NCBI RefSeq assembly: GCF_001194135.2 | Contig: NC_068987.1 | Coordinates: 33,775,589 to 33,813,883 of the forward strand | DNA length: 38,295 nucleotides | Source: Octopus bimaculoides | Taxonomy: Eukaryota | Reading direction: 5' to 3' | In this document: piece after piece, positions 23,700 to 36,664 of the stretch | Numbering within the stretch: the first letter of the stretch is position 1 | How the letters are laid out: each line of letters begins with the position of its first letter | Notes under the pieces: generated by a model | The model's input: only the letters and a program-made list of their open reading frames with translations | What the model was told of the DNA's origin: nothing | Databases searched by the model: none | Translations under genes and position numbers: made by a program

Positions 23700-24191
23700 A
23701 CACGTCACAAAAAGGTCACAGAAAATGAGAAAGCAATTATAATCCGGGATATGCCTATACACAAATATAGAAAGATCCAAGCCAATATTCTGCACATAGC
23801 TGTCAGAGATCACCAACTAAAAAAAATATAAAATAAAAACTTTGTAATCAATGTATCAATACTAATAGATGACAAAGTTTTTTCTAAAAAATGGAGAGAC
23901 TTTCGAAATACAAAGACCTGGAAATAGAGGTAACTCGAATGTGGGGTCTAAACAAGAAGCAATTTCTATCATAGTAGGCGCATTAGGTATGATAAAAAAA
24001 TATTCGGACAAATGCATAACAAAAAACACCAATACTAACAAGTATTTACAACCTACAGACAATAGCCCTACTAGACACCGCACACATTCTACGTAAATCA
24101 TATTCAATATAGTAAAAATAAGAGCACCACAACAAACTGCAACACATACCCAAGGCACACAGAGCTGCGCTGTGTAGTGCAGTGAAAGCAC

Positions 24192-24196
<5 letters not shown>
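23700..24196 (+). mobile_element. Older type A RLE fragment (RLE domain plus 3' UTR)
   Basis: VTENEKAIIIRDMPIH, RLSKYKDLEIEVTRMWGL, IIVGALGMIKKYSDK; diverged type A UTR. Confidence 0.85.
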
Positions 24197-24230
<34 letters not shown>

Positions 24231-24243
24231 GCAACAATAATAC

Positions 24244-24298
<55 letters not shown>
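24197..24298. repeat. (CAA)n-(AAT)n array
   Basis: Directly visible. Confidence 0.95.
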
Positions 24299-24299
<1 letters not shown>

Positions 24300-24449
24300 T
24301 CAACAATATTACTAAATCTGTAGCTGATCCTGCTTTTCATAACCCCCATAATTTGCGTCAGTAACATTATGGGCTTAAACCTCGCTGCTCATCATCCACA
24401 CTATCGTCTCCATTACAAATCTTGTGAACATCACGTTATCAGTTTACTT

Positions 24450-24690
24450 CATTCATCATCATAATCAGGATCAAAATCAACATATGCTGCTTCCTCACCC
24501 CTTTGGCTGCTGCTACATCTGATAATGATGATGAAATATCATCGTGGTCATCATCATCATAATCGTCATCGACGACGTCGTTGTCGTCATCATTATTATC
24601 ATCATCGTCATCATCGTCACCATCATTATGACCATCAACAGCAGCAGCGGCAGCAGCAGCTACAGCAGCATCAGCATCGGCAGCAGCAGC
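24450..24690. repeat. Degenerate trinucleotide mosaic (CAT/CGT/CAG)
   Basis: Directly visible low-complexity sequence. Confidence 0.8.
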
Positions 24691-25750
24691 AACATCTATA
24701 GAATCTGCTCATGACAGCACCCTACACATTTTTTCTCTCTCTTCCTCATGTCAAATTGAGAAATTAAAGGAAAAAACACGATCAATGTATAAAAAAATAT
24801 AGAAAACCATCATCATAGAGATCGTTCCAACACCACAGCCCCCATACCCAGCACCACCAACACTATCAACAGCCTATTTTGAAATACGCATTTCTCAATT
24901 TTTACTGTGTTTCAAGTCAAATCATTCCTCATATCATACCCATTCTTCCTCTGCCAGTTGTTCTAATTTCTTTTTGTCGGCATCTTCTTACCTCTCGGTC
25001 TCATATCTGTGATAACTCTCTACATCTCTTGAGCAAAACTGTATAATTCGGCTATATGTCATCGAAAATCCCTACGGTGAATAAGCGAAGCAATCCTGAT
25101 CAGAACACTCGTGGGCTTGAAAAATAAATTATAATAATAAATCAGTAAAAACATGTTCAGTCATGTTCTCTAGGAAGTCGGCCATTAAAAGAATATCATT
25201 CAGTTAGTCACTCAAGAATGAATATCGTTTTATTTCATTTAGTATTTGCTTGTTTACCACATTATATCTTTTTCTTTTCTTGCTGCTGTTCTGATGTTGA
25301 CATATTTCCTCCAATATCTGTATTGTTTTCTCGCCAGCTCTTGTAATGTTTTATGCGGGCAAGACCGAATTATTTTGAAATATATCCCTGTCATAACAAC
25401 ATAACACTTGAGAATTGTTTAAAGTCACTAATAGCTCACATTAGGCTTCATACGGTTAAGAAAAAAGAAGCAACGCTAATGATGATGATGATGGTATTGC
25501 TGATAATGGTGACGATAATAACAACAACAACAACAACAACACCAACAACAACAATATCAGCAGCAGCAACAGCAACAACAATAATTATTAATATTAATAT
25601 TATTATTATTAGTAGTATTTTATCATCATTCTTTTTTGTTAGCCTCTAGGGCTCGAAAGACATTGAATTCAGTTTATAAATATATCTGTTTACAATTTGA
25701 ACGTTAGAAAACTTCACAGATTATAGTACAGAATATCGAAATATATATTT

Positions 25751-25979
25751 CTTTATCACCCAGAGGGGTGCTCAACAAAGAGGGCACAAACAAGGACAGA
25801 CAAAGGGATTAAGTCGGCTACATCGTAACCAGTGCGTAACTGGTACTTATTTAATCGACCCCGAAAATATGAAAGGCAAAGTCAACGTCGGCGGAATTTG
25901 AACTCAGAATGTAACGGCAGACGAAATACCGCTGAGCATTTCGCCCGGCATGCTAACGATTTTGCCAGCTCGCCGCCCT
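25751..25979 (-). mobile_element. tRNA-derived SINE type I, near full length
   Basis: Minus strand GGCGGCGAGCTGGCAAAATCGTTAGCA (A-box region), GAGTTCAAATTCC (B-box, 25893-25905), then a core gcctttcat-ttttcggggtcgattaaataagtaccagt. Confidence 0.85.
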
Positions 25980-26049
25980 AGCATATTGAAATATTACTAA
26001 AACTACAAAGATGAAAGGAAAATACAACTAAAGTAGAAAGTAAAACATG

Positions 26050-26900
26050 CAATGTATATAGAGCTCTCTCTAAAAATGGGCCACAAATAGAGCTAGATTC
26101 GGTTAGAATTTCCCTCATGTCTCCGTCCGTTCATCATAACTTGTATCGGAGCCATAAACAATCAAATATACCGTTACCAGTCTATAATCCAAGCCTTGTT
26201 CATCAAAACTCTCAGGCTAAACACATCACACCAAAACTATTATCTTGTGTCTATAGGTTATTGGCTTCACCATTTGCGGGAGATGAATTTATTTCCGCGA
26301 TCTCCACGTTATCCTTATTGCTGTTTTGTGGAGGTTGATGTATTTCTCTTCCTTTTTAAATCTTCTTGTTTCCTGCAATGATTTGCTCTTTATTTTTGAA
26401 AATTTTATTTTCTTTTTCCCTTCCCTCTCGTCTTTATATGATCATGAAGTAGCTGTAGTGTTGCTGAAGTTACAACTGGGAGATGCGGTGTATAATTAGT
26501 GGTTTTTGTGATCGGGCACCAGATAACAGATTCTATTTCTTGATTGGGCGAAGAGCCCTCAGCATTATTTACTGATGCCGTTCAGAACAAGACAGTTTTC
26601 AAATATATTTGGATTTGTAAGACTTGTAACTTTGATATCAGTAGTATTGTTGGCTGAACAACAACCAGTCTCTGGTGAAAATTTTCGCATTTTTCTAAAT
26701 ATGCCAGGCTGGATGCCGTTCGGTAGCGTTTGCACTCACAGGTAAAACACCCAAGAATCTCCCATAGTACCCATAACGCAAATCATGGCTAAGTTTGAAC
26801 TCCTGAGTTGCCATGAAATACATGCGTACAGTGACCCTTGTATCCTCATACACTTCATCGTTATTGTCGTGATCCATACTCGTCCATATTACATTATTAA
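26050..26900 (-). mobile_element. ORF1-like relic
   Basis: RMYFMATQEFKL...LGVLPVSANATERHPAWHI*KN, followed by Thr-rich and Lys/Arg-rich stretches; same layout as the other relics. Confidence 0.3.
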
Positions 26901-27449
26901 AGAGGTAACATGTGAGGTGTGAACAGCATTTCCTCTATGAACATTTCTCTATATTGTGTTTCTCTATAAAGAAGACTAGAGTCTTGTGGAGGCGTGTTTC
27001 GCACACAGTATTTGCTTGTCTATAAGCGCTATCTTTGATCAAGAAGGTCAATAAAATTATGTTGCAAGCTTTGTTTTCTGTACACATAGGACACCAGAGG
27101 GGCACCTGCTGGTGTCTACCCTATATCGCCTGTCGATAGTAGAAAGAGAACCGTTTCACCTTATTGAACGGAAAGAAATGAATTTTCGCTTTACCTGATT
27201 CAGAATATTTCTTCGGCCTCAATGTTGCCAGTGTTCTGTTTAGAACTATGTTTTGCTCGTGACCAACAATACAACATTAGCGGCAACTCCGGGAAAACTA
27301 CTTTCATATAAGAACTTCCATTTCAAAGACACTTGTATTTGTGTGTGAGTGTCAGAGTTGTTGTTGCTATCGCTCCTTTTGTAGGCCTTGCCACGAAGTA
27401 AGGCTTCAGACATACTGGAAAAATTTCTTCTATTTTTTAAATCTTTTTT

Positions 27450-27848
27450 TACACGTTTCAGTCATTAGACTGCGGCCATGCTGGGATACCGCCTTCTCAG
27501 GAAATTTTAGTCGAAAAAATTGACCCTAGGAATTCGTCAAGCCTAGTATTTATTCTATTGATCTCTTTTACCGAACCACTAAGTCACCAGGACGTAAACA
27601 CACCAAAACCGGTTGTCAAGCAGTGGTATGGAGACAATCACAGATACAACGACACACACACATAGATACACACACATANNNNNNNNNNATATATATACGG
27701 CGGGTTTCTTTCGGTTTCCGTATCCAGTCACAAGGCTTTGGTCAGCACAAGGCTATTGTAGAAGGCACGTGCCCAAGGTTTCACACAGTAGGACTGAACC
27801 CGGAACCGAGTTGTTGTGATGCAAGCTTCTTACCACACAACTACGCAT
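27450..27848 (-). mobile_element. Composite tRNA-derived SINE type II with an internal (TA/CA)n
   Basis: Head with GGTTCAGTCC B-box and ccttgggca (CORE-like) segment, microsatellite containing a 10-N gap, and a 3' part ending ...gcatggccgcagtctaatgactgaaac. Matches 32540-32956. Confidence 0.85.
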
Positions 27849-28280
27849 TCACTTAAGTGTGTTGTTATAAAACAGATTTCTTAGAATAATTCTACTTCTC
27901 AATAGCAGAATTGTTTTTTCTACTTTTGTTTTGCAGGATGTTTCTCATTGTTCTAACAGCATTTAAGTCAAACTGAATCAAGATATGATGCCTGTGGAAT
28001 TTGTTTTCAAGGGGTGCAGTAAATCAAAGCATAAAATAATTGTACCTTATAAAATACCTTTACATGATACAAACATGCAACATAATATCCAATTTTTGTC
28101 ACGAAAATTAAGTGCTGTGATAGAATTATACCCTGCCAAAGTGAAATCGTTTACCTAATACTTCTGCGAAAAAACTTTGGTTTATAGACATCCATTGCAT
28201 TAATTGTGCATCTTAAATTAATATTCTTTCTAAGGCGGTTATAAAATGTCTTATGGAGTACGATTTCATTTAATATTGAT

Positions 28281-28483
28281 TTCAAAGTTTGGCACTAGAT
28301 CAATAATTTTGGGAGTGGGGAAAGTCGATTATATCGATCCCGGCTCTCAACTGGTACTTATATTTTATCAACCCCGAAACGATGACAGACAAATTCAAGC
28401 TCGGTAGAATTTGAACTCAGAACGAAAACACAGATGAAGTGCCGCTAATCATTTTGCTAACGATTAATCGGCATGCCGCCTTA
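28281..28483 (-). mobile_element. SINE type I copy
   Basis: aagtcgatt...ctcaactggtactt...ccccgaa...gaatttgaactcagaac...gccgcctt aligns with 25751-25979. Confidence 0.8.
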
Positions 28484-31400
28484 GTTTCATGTTATATAAT
28501 AGTTATATCAATATATTCCAATTACCAATACAGTGTTATACTATTCATTTTACCAACGTGTCCAGTTAAAAATGTTAACGTATCCTCGATGCTGTTATAT
28601 CAATCCTAGTACCGATAAATGATAAATGGCCGAATGCATTTCGGTATTTATATTTCTGAAATAAGTATAAAAAAGATATATTTCAAAGTGGAAAATCTAT
28701 ATGCTCGAAAATATATTTACTTAATGTCGTTCCTAAATTACTCCGAAGTTCTTGCAACATTTGATGCTATTAAATGAGTCATGAACGATCTACAACGGCT
28801 GATATCAATTTAGAAACTACTGAGTAAAATTAATATATAGAAATTAGCTCCAAGATAAAATGATAAATTAGTTTCTAGGCACTGAACATTTCCATATTAG
28901 TGAGACACAAGTGTGACCAGAAATAACTCTATATATGTACACACTTTCTGTCTGGCTGTACAAATATTGTAAAACGACGTTTCCTCATCATTTTTGATGA
29001 CAACTCGTTGCATTGCAGCATTTCCTCTCTTTGATATTGTTGCTAAAATGATTGTTTTTTTTTTCCAATATAGCAGTTTATCTTTCATTATTTTTTCTAT
29101 ATCTGGCGGAACATCGCTATTACATCCAATTCATAAATTATTCAATCTCGTCTTTATCATATCGCCTTACTTCATCAAACAGATTCTTGTCCATCACACA
29201 GTTAATCTTTTCATTTAATTGTATGGTCAAATACTGGCCACATCAATCTGACATTTCCTAACCACTATTATCTAATTAAATCTTGTCGGTCGTCATCATT
29301 GGTCAACTTGTATTGTCCAATAATCCTTTTAATTGATTAACTTGAATCCTGCTTGTCATTTACCACTAATTCATATTTAAAGCTATCGATAAATTTTAAA
29401 ATATTTCTTCTCTGTTTCTTTTACAAATCAGCAATAATCTCTAATCTATTACTTCATACTTTTATTCATTTAATTTATTTGGCTGAAGCCATGCGGGGAC
29501 AACGACATCCAAGTGTTTTAGTTGATCACAACCATACTAACTGCATCTGGTCACAACGTTTAATTTTAACGTTCATTTACCAAACTGCGCTAGCGAGACT
29601 ATAACAAAAAATATCGTGCATTGGAATCAAACATGAGAACACATTGCAGCAAAGCAAACTTCTTATGCTCACAGTTATATCTGTGCTTATATGTCAAATA
29701 CAAAGAATAAATATGAAAAATGTCGGGTAAAGCTATTTTTTGGAGTGTATTTGCAGTCGAATAAAATGGCGTGGAATATTTAATTCAAGACAGTGTGATC
29801 ATATGAAATAACAACGAAGTCAAACTTGCTTTTCATTCTATCGAGATTGATAAAACATTCCGTAGCTCAGTGTCAGTGTCGATTCTTCTTTCTATCTCCG
29901 TTCTCTTTCTCGGCGATTTCACCATTGAACAGGCTTGGACAGAATGGCCTTCGACAGGTGTAGATGCTCCAATTTACACGATATGTCAGACGTATTTGCC
30001 ATTGTATCAGAAGGTAGACATGACATTAATTTCCTTATCATTCACCAAAGAATGGTCATTCTAGAAAAGGAAGGTAGCATAGGCATAAGCATAGAAAATA
30101 CTAACAATTTTGTTTTGTGATTGGTTTTGCCGAAACAAAGTTGACCTCCCCTTGAACGAGAACAGCAGCCATATTGCATACACAAATTTATGCCATTATC
30201 CAGCGCTGAAATAATGCAGAGGAAATATTACATAATATTTTACTTGAATACTATAAACAGCTTTCATTATTGTCTGGTTAGGAGAGTCTAACAACGATCG
30301 AACTTGTCTAACAAAACCGACAGAAACCTTCCGGAGTTCTGTTCCGAAGGTAACAGCTCATGTAAAATGTATATGATACTCGAATGTAGCTTCGACTGTA
30401 CCCTCGATTGTACTACGCCTACAATTGTAGTAGAGATAGATTGGTATGTTCCCTTCGTATTAAGTTGTGTAAAAATAGCATTATTCTGAGGATGTAATAT
30501 ATGAAATAAGTGTACTTTCTGCTTGTTTTCTAATAACTACCATGGATGAAAGAAAATGTTCTTATATAACCAGCTATATTTAATGATTTGCTGATATTCA
30601 CTTCAAATAATTCAACTGTAATGTAAATACAAGTTTCTGAGATCGCATGGCCAACACAATAGGAAATTTATCCTAACTTTTCACAGATGTTCAGTGCACC
30701 TACACAATAGGGTCTATAGAAATATGAGGCACTAACAAGAGGTAAATACAGGCACATAGATAACCTATTAGCTTTTAATTCAATTGTCACTTGTGAATGC
30801 AGAACACCATTAATATTGCTGACTCATGGGATTATTGCTAATATGCTGATAGAGAATCAATTGGGTGAATGAATTCCCTGAGGAAAACTACTTTTGTTCC
30901 TTGTCTAAAGGAATCATTATTCACATTGAAACTTTAAAGACTCATCTAGAATTTTAAATATATTTTATTTATTTATTTTATCTTCCTAAGAAATATTGTT
31001 TTGAACGTTTTCCATCAATTTTTTTTTTGTATGTCTTCTTTTATCAGTAATTTTCTATTTTGATTCTATTATGCTAAAACGAATGCGCTTCGGGGAAGTT
31101 TTCACCCATAATGCAATTGAGAACTTTCTACCGCTCTGTTTATGTTACACTTGCAATACAGACTGCCACGTACAGCTGTCAAGAAATATATTGTGATGAG
31201 CAGAATTACATGCAAATTTATTCATCACCACAGTCCTAAGGCTTCGTGGGAGATATTTATCAATATAGCATTACATCCAACTAATCGATATTGGTTTAGC
31301 GGAATCTAAACTTCTGCTAAACTGCCGTTTCTTCTGCTCGCTTCGCTTCTTCTTATTACTATTATTACTATCATTATTATTATTGTTGTTGTTGTCGTCG

Positions 31401-31625
31401 TCGTCGTTGTTGTTGTTCTTGTATCGTTATTTTGGAGGGTTTATTTTGCTTCGACTAATTTAATTTATTATTTATACTAGTATTTTTGTAGTTAGTTACA
31501 TTTTCCCCTTTATAATCTTTTGATGTCGATTTCAGAATCCCTAAAAATTGTACAGTGACAAATGTATTTTTGAATTCTAAAATTTACAAGTTATAACGGT
31601 CACAATGGATTATACAAACGACTAG

Positions 31626-31803
31626 ATGAATCTATCAACGGTGAGAATTTTTCCTTCTTTAGGGCGGGAAGTGGTCTGTATCATTACTTTCAGAATAAAG
31701 ACTTCAATGTACTTACTAACAACAATTTATTTTACATTTCTGTTATAGACAATGCTCTGCAGCTTGAAAAAGAATAGTAATAACAAATCCATTCTTAATC
31801 GGC
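31626..31803 (+). other. Candidate host exon pair (31626-31640 coding end of an upstream exon; 108-nt intron; 55-nt exon 31749-31803)
   Basis: CG|GTGAGA donor at 31641, TACTAAC at 31714-31720, T-rich tract to TAG| at 31748, and C|GTGAGT donor at 31804. The spliced frame is open: MNLSTTMLCSLKKNSNNKSILNR. No homology recognised. Confidence 0.35.
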
Positions 31804-32539
31804 GTGAGTTTCTGTTCGAATCTAATTATGATTAGGTAGACATAGGAATATTTTAACAGTATTCCTGGTATTGACAGAAAATATCCCCAGTACTATTTCG
31901 ATTATCACAATATACATCATGAAATGCGCAAAAAAACATTTGATAAATTGTCTCTGTACATCTATGTTAAATTGGTGAATAGAGCTCCTATGAGACGCGC
32001 GCACTTCACTCACAACCAATAATCAACTGAATCTTTGGATGAATATTTCCATAACAATTAGCTTCGAAAGAAATTTTAAGATGATGTAATCGAAATTATA
32101 TGCTAAATATTCAGTCATCGATGCGTCTAGATTTTGAATGATGACGACGGATATTAAACACATATTACTTGAAAATAAAATGCTATAGTTGGAAATAAGT
32201 TTTACAAGTTTGGCTCCTAGATTTAAGGGTAAATAATTTCAGGGTTCGAAATATGATATTTTACAATATGCATTAACAGAAATACACCGGAGATCTTCGG
32301 ACACCAGCTGCAACACAGAAGTGTTTTTTTATTAAGTTCAACAGTATCATAAGTCGAGAGCTATATTTAATTTTTCCCAGTGAGAATTGTTGCATACATC
32401 ATTTGAGAACGCAGCTGTCGCAGCTGTTGAAGTCTAATGCGATTCGTCACACTACTTCCTGGGAAAGCTCTGCACTCACGATGCAGCCCGATTTATGTAT
32501 AACCGATCTCGTAGATGCAAGGCCCTTCTTTTATCGTTT

Positions 32540-32956
32540 ATCTCTTACTTCCTTCGGTCGTTAGACTACAGCCCATGCTGGGGTACCGTCTAGAATTCTT
32601 TATTCGAATGAATCGAGCCCAGTACTTATTTCTTTAAAGCCTTGTACTTATCGTGTCGGTCTTTTGCCGAACCACTAGGTTACGGGACCGTAAACACGGC
32701 AACACCGGTTGTTAAACGATGGTGGAAGACAAACACAGACGTAAAAACACACACACGTACACACACACATAGGGACATGCATACACACATACACATATAT
32801 TAGATTGTCTTGTTTCAGTTTCAGTCTACAAAGTTCACGAACGATGCTTTTGTCGGCCAGTGGTTATAGTAGAAGGCACTTGCTCAAGGTGCCACGCAGT
32901 GGGACTGAACCCGGAACCATGTGGTTGGGAAGAAAGCTGCTTACAACACAGCGCCT
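32540..32956 (-). mobile_element. Composite SINE type II, near full length
   Basis: Minus-strand head tgtgttgtaagcagc...ggttccgggttcagtcccactgcgtggcaccttgagcaagtgccttctactataacc, internal CA/TA-rich tract, and the same 3' part as 27450-27620. Confidence 0.88.
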
Positions 32957-33249
32957 AAATATTTTAATTTTTTGCATACAGTTGGCATATTTTTAACGAT
33001 ATAACGAAGAGAATAATTGTAATGATTATTTGTCTCTAGTTTGCGGGTGTGATCCATCAGACTATAATTTCTTCAATGTATTTTTCACTATTACGTTGAG
33101 CACCATACATCCCATAGAAAACTTTAAGGCCTTTAATGTTAGTCATCAGCAAATTGTTCAGGCAATGGAGTGCACCACATTGGATTTTATGGGACCTAAA
33201 CAGTAGGAAACTCCAAAGTCTTTAAGTATTAGTCTCAAAATATCGGTTT

Positions 33250-33283
33250 ACATATATATATATATATATGCATATATGTATGT

Positions 33284-33330
<47 letters not shown>

Positions 33331-33345
33331 CACACACACACACGC
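33250..33345. repeat. (TA)n-(CA)n microsatellite
   Basis: Directly visible. Confidence 0.95.
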
Positions 33346-33764
33346 GTTTGTTTTTCAGTCATTTTTATCTCTGTATTTATCAAATCAGCCTTATGAACTT
33401 TTTACAGTTAACAGAAGCCTTACTCCAAGTACCACCTCTGTAAAATCGTTAGAACATTTCCATGCTCATTACCCAGTAAATAGAAAAAAAGTTGGTAGCA
33501 TACTAAAGTCATAATTTATTAATGAAATGTTTAACAGCTGGGCCGAAATATGAGGGTATGTGTGATTGTGCATCTGTGTAACAGCAGTAATACTCACAAA
33601 CCCATTGTTTTAAATTTTCTATGTCACCCACTGGCCATCTCATGATATGATCTTTACAAAAGAATTAAAATCGTCTGACTGACATTTAATCGAACATTAA
33701 TTATACAATGAGAAATCATTTTAGAGCAGGATTATAAATTGTTGTACCAAGTGTATTTACTAAC

Positions 33765-33820
33765 TTTTATGCATTCATACAAATTGTGAGGCAGTTGTTG
33801 AAGTACTTGCTGAAGCAATA
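33765..33820 (-). other. Candidate 56-nt coding exon
   Basis: Minus strand gatcgtttcag| ... AAA|GTTAGT with an open frame xLLQQVLQQLPHNLYECIK. No family recognised. Confidence 0.22.
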
Positions 33821-34818
33821 CTGAAACGATCAATTTGACAATAAAAGGAAAATAAACAATCACAAATACAGTAAACAAAATATTTTAAAAAGCTGTTTGC
33901 GATTACAAAATATATTGTATATGTTGAAATGTTGAAGTAGTTTAATTGGTTAAAAGACAAATATTTCAATATTTTGAACAAGCCACCATAAACTAGATTG
34001 AAGCGATGATACTTTTAATATTTTTTCAGTCGCTCTAAAATATCCGCTATTATGTTGAAACGAATGGCTCTCAGCTATTTTAAGTAAATAAATAAAATAA
34101 AGTAAAACAATTTAATACCAAAAAATAATGTTGCGAAGGAAACAATAATACAAAGTTAAGTACCTGTTAAATGTTCACAAGAGACCAAGAACATTCAAGT
34201 TCTAGAATGGTTTCATTGTGCGACGAAACTATTAGTTTTGTCTACAGTAAGTCCACTTCTCTTTCTCTGTATTTCTACGGATGCTATTAATGTATACAGA
34301 AATAAATTTTACAATAAATAAGGCAAACTGCTACTCGAAATATATTCTATGAAATTAACAGGAAATCTAAAACAGACCACGTGATATAACACAGCAAACA
34401 GTAATAATCAATAAACTATTCATTTTAAAAGTAATATCATTTACAGTGTTTCGTTTATACATCTTGTAAATGAAGAATACAAGTAGTATGCAATAGTGGG
34501 GAGGATATGAATGATACTTATAACATCATGTACACGGTACAAAGTTGACGGGCAGTATTTTTAAGAGAATTAATAATACAGGGTCGCATTGAATAATAAT
34601 GTTCAAGAATGGCATATACAAAATATTTAATAAAAACATGTTAAGCTCATCAGGAAAAATAGGCCAGATTAATTTACATACAGAAAGTTAGGAATTGTAC
34701 AAAACAAACTCATCAAGGTTGCTTAAGTTGAAGAAGACTCCAAACACTCAAATCCACAAACTATTTATCGTAAAAAAAGCTTTTTTTTTTTTTTTAATGC
34801 TGGTATTTGTTTTATACG

Positions 34819-35040
34819 GGAGGCGCAATGGCCCAGTGTTTAGGGCAGAGAACTCGCGGTCATAGGATCGCGGTTTCGATTCTCAGACCGGGCGTTGTGA
34901 GTGTTTATTGAGCGAAAACACCTAAAGCACCACGAGGCTCCGGCATGGGATGGTGGCGAACCCTGCTGTACTCTTTCACCACAAATTTCTCTCACTCTTA
35001 CTTTCTGTTGTGCCTGTAATTCAAAGGGTCAGCCTTGTCA
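34819..35040 (+). mobile_element. tRNA-derived SINE type III, 5' part (cut by a gap)
   Basis: GGAGGCGCAATGGCCCAGTGTTTAG (A-box TGGCCCAGTG) and GGTTTCGATTC (B-box, ~34872-34882); the body is unrelated to types I and II. Confidence 0.75.
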
Positions 35041-35580
35041 NNNNNNNNNNNNNNNNNNNNNNNNNNNNNNNNNNNNNNNNNNNNNNNNNNNNNNNNNNNN
35101 NNNNNNNNNNNNNNNNNNNNNNNNNNNNNNNNNNNNNNNNNNNNNNNNNNNNNNNNNNNNNNNNNNNNNNNNNNNNNNNNNNNNNNNNNNNNNNNNNNNN
35201 NNNNNNNNNNNNNNNNNNNNNNNNNNNNNNNNNNNNNNNNNNNNNNNNNNNNNNNNNNNNNNNNNNNNNNNNNNNNNNNNNNNNNNNNNNNNNNNNNNNN
35301 NNNNNNNNNNNNNNNNNNNNNNNNNNNNNNNNNNNNNNNNNNNNNNNNNNNNNNNNNNNNNNNNNNNNNNNNNNNNNNNNNNNNNNNNNNNNNNNNNNNN
35401 NNNNNNNNNNNNNNNNNNNNNNNNNNNNNNNNNNNNNNNNNNNNNNNNNNNNNNNNNNNNNNNNNNNNNNNNNNNNNNNNNNNNNNNNNNNNNNNNNNNN
35501 NNNNNNNNNNNNNNNNNNNNNNNNNNNNNNNNNNNNNNNNNNNNNNNNNNNNNNNNNNNNNNNNNNNNNNNNNNNNNNNN

Positions 35581-35603
35581 TATATATATATATATATATA
35601 AAT

Positions 35604-35637
<34 letters not shown>
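35581..35637. repeat. (TA)n-(GA)n microsatellite
   Basis: Directly visible. Confidence 0.95.
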
Positions 35638-35638
<1 letters not shown>

Positions 35639-35700
35639 CCCGTCATTGCCCGGGATTATAATGGCATAGTTTTTTTATTGTTTTATTGTTATTCATATGA

Positions 35701-35962
35701 GTGCGGCTATGTTGCAGCACCACCGTTGCCCGAACAAATGAACCACGGGGTTTATGTTTTGTAAACCTAGTACTTATTCTATGAACGTTTTTGCCGACCC
35801 GCTAATTTATGTGAACGTAAGCACAAAGACATCGGTTGTCAGGCAATGGTGGGAGGTACAAACACAAACACACACAAATTTACACATATACACGACTGTC
35901 TTCTTTGAGTTTCCGTGCAGGAAATCCACTCGCATGGCTTCGGTCGGCATGACGCCATAATA
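35701..35962 (-). mobile_element. SINE type II, head missing
   Basis: cctagtacttattct...ttgccgacccgcta...catcggttgtcaggcaatggtggga, CA tract, tttccgt...aaatccact; aligns with 32540-32870. Confidence 0.75.
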
Positions 35963-35975
35963 CACACACGCAACG

Positions 35976-36009
<34 letters not shown>

Positions 36010-36065
36010 TACACAAACACACCCACCCACACACACACATGCACATATATATACATATATATGTA
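35963..36065. repeat. (CA)n/(TA)n mosaic
   Basis: Directly visible. Confidence 0.9.
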
Positions 36066-36134
36066 ATTAGGATAAAGTCATTATTTAATAATTTATCAGT
36101 GGCCAGCATACTACAAATACTCTAATGGCTAATT

Positions 36135-36607
36135 TATATTAAAATTACAGTAAGGGTGATGAATGATTACAAAACCAGTCTGCTAGAGATATACCCCAAA
36201 TTGTCTCTGAATCACTCAGAGTATTACCCACTACACCATGTGAGTGAGGTAAATAGACAACGAGGATTTATAGAATAGTTTGGATAGAATCACGTGTCTA
36301 GACTTCACGTTTTGAGTTATTAGAAACTCTTTCTTATCATCAGTGGCAACGTACTGGACGTAAATAAATGAAAAATACATTATACATACCACCATAAGCG
36401 ATCGGAAAGGGCTTTTAATAACTCAAATCAGGAAATCTGTAGATATGGTACTATCCAAATTATTTTATAAGTACTCGCTGTCTATGTTCCTCGCTTACAA
36501 CTTTATGCAGTGGTGCAATAATCTAAGTGGTTCATAGACCATTTGGGGGTCTATTTCTAGCAGACGAGTGTTGTAATCATTCAACACTCTTATTATAATT
36601 TTTACAT

Positions 36608-36614
<7 letters not shown>
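36135..36614. mobile_element. Foldback / MITE-like element with ~210-bp imperfect inverted arms and a ~45-nt spacer
   Basis: 36141-36346 aligns with the reverse complement of 36392-36603. Hand alignment gives 15 differences in the first ~86 positions. The right end abuts (TA)n. Confidence 0.8.
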
Positions 36615-36664
<50 letters not shown>

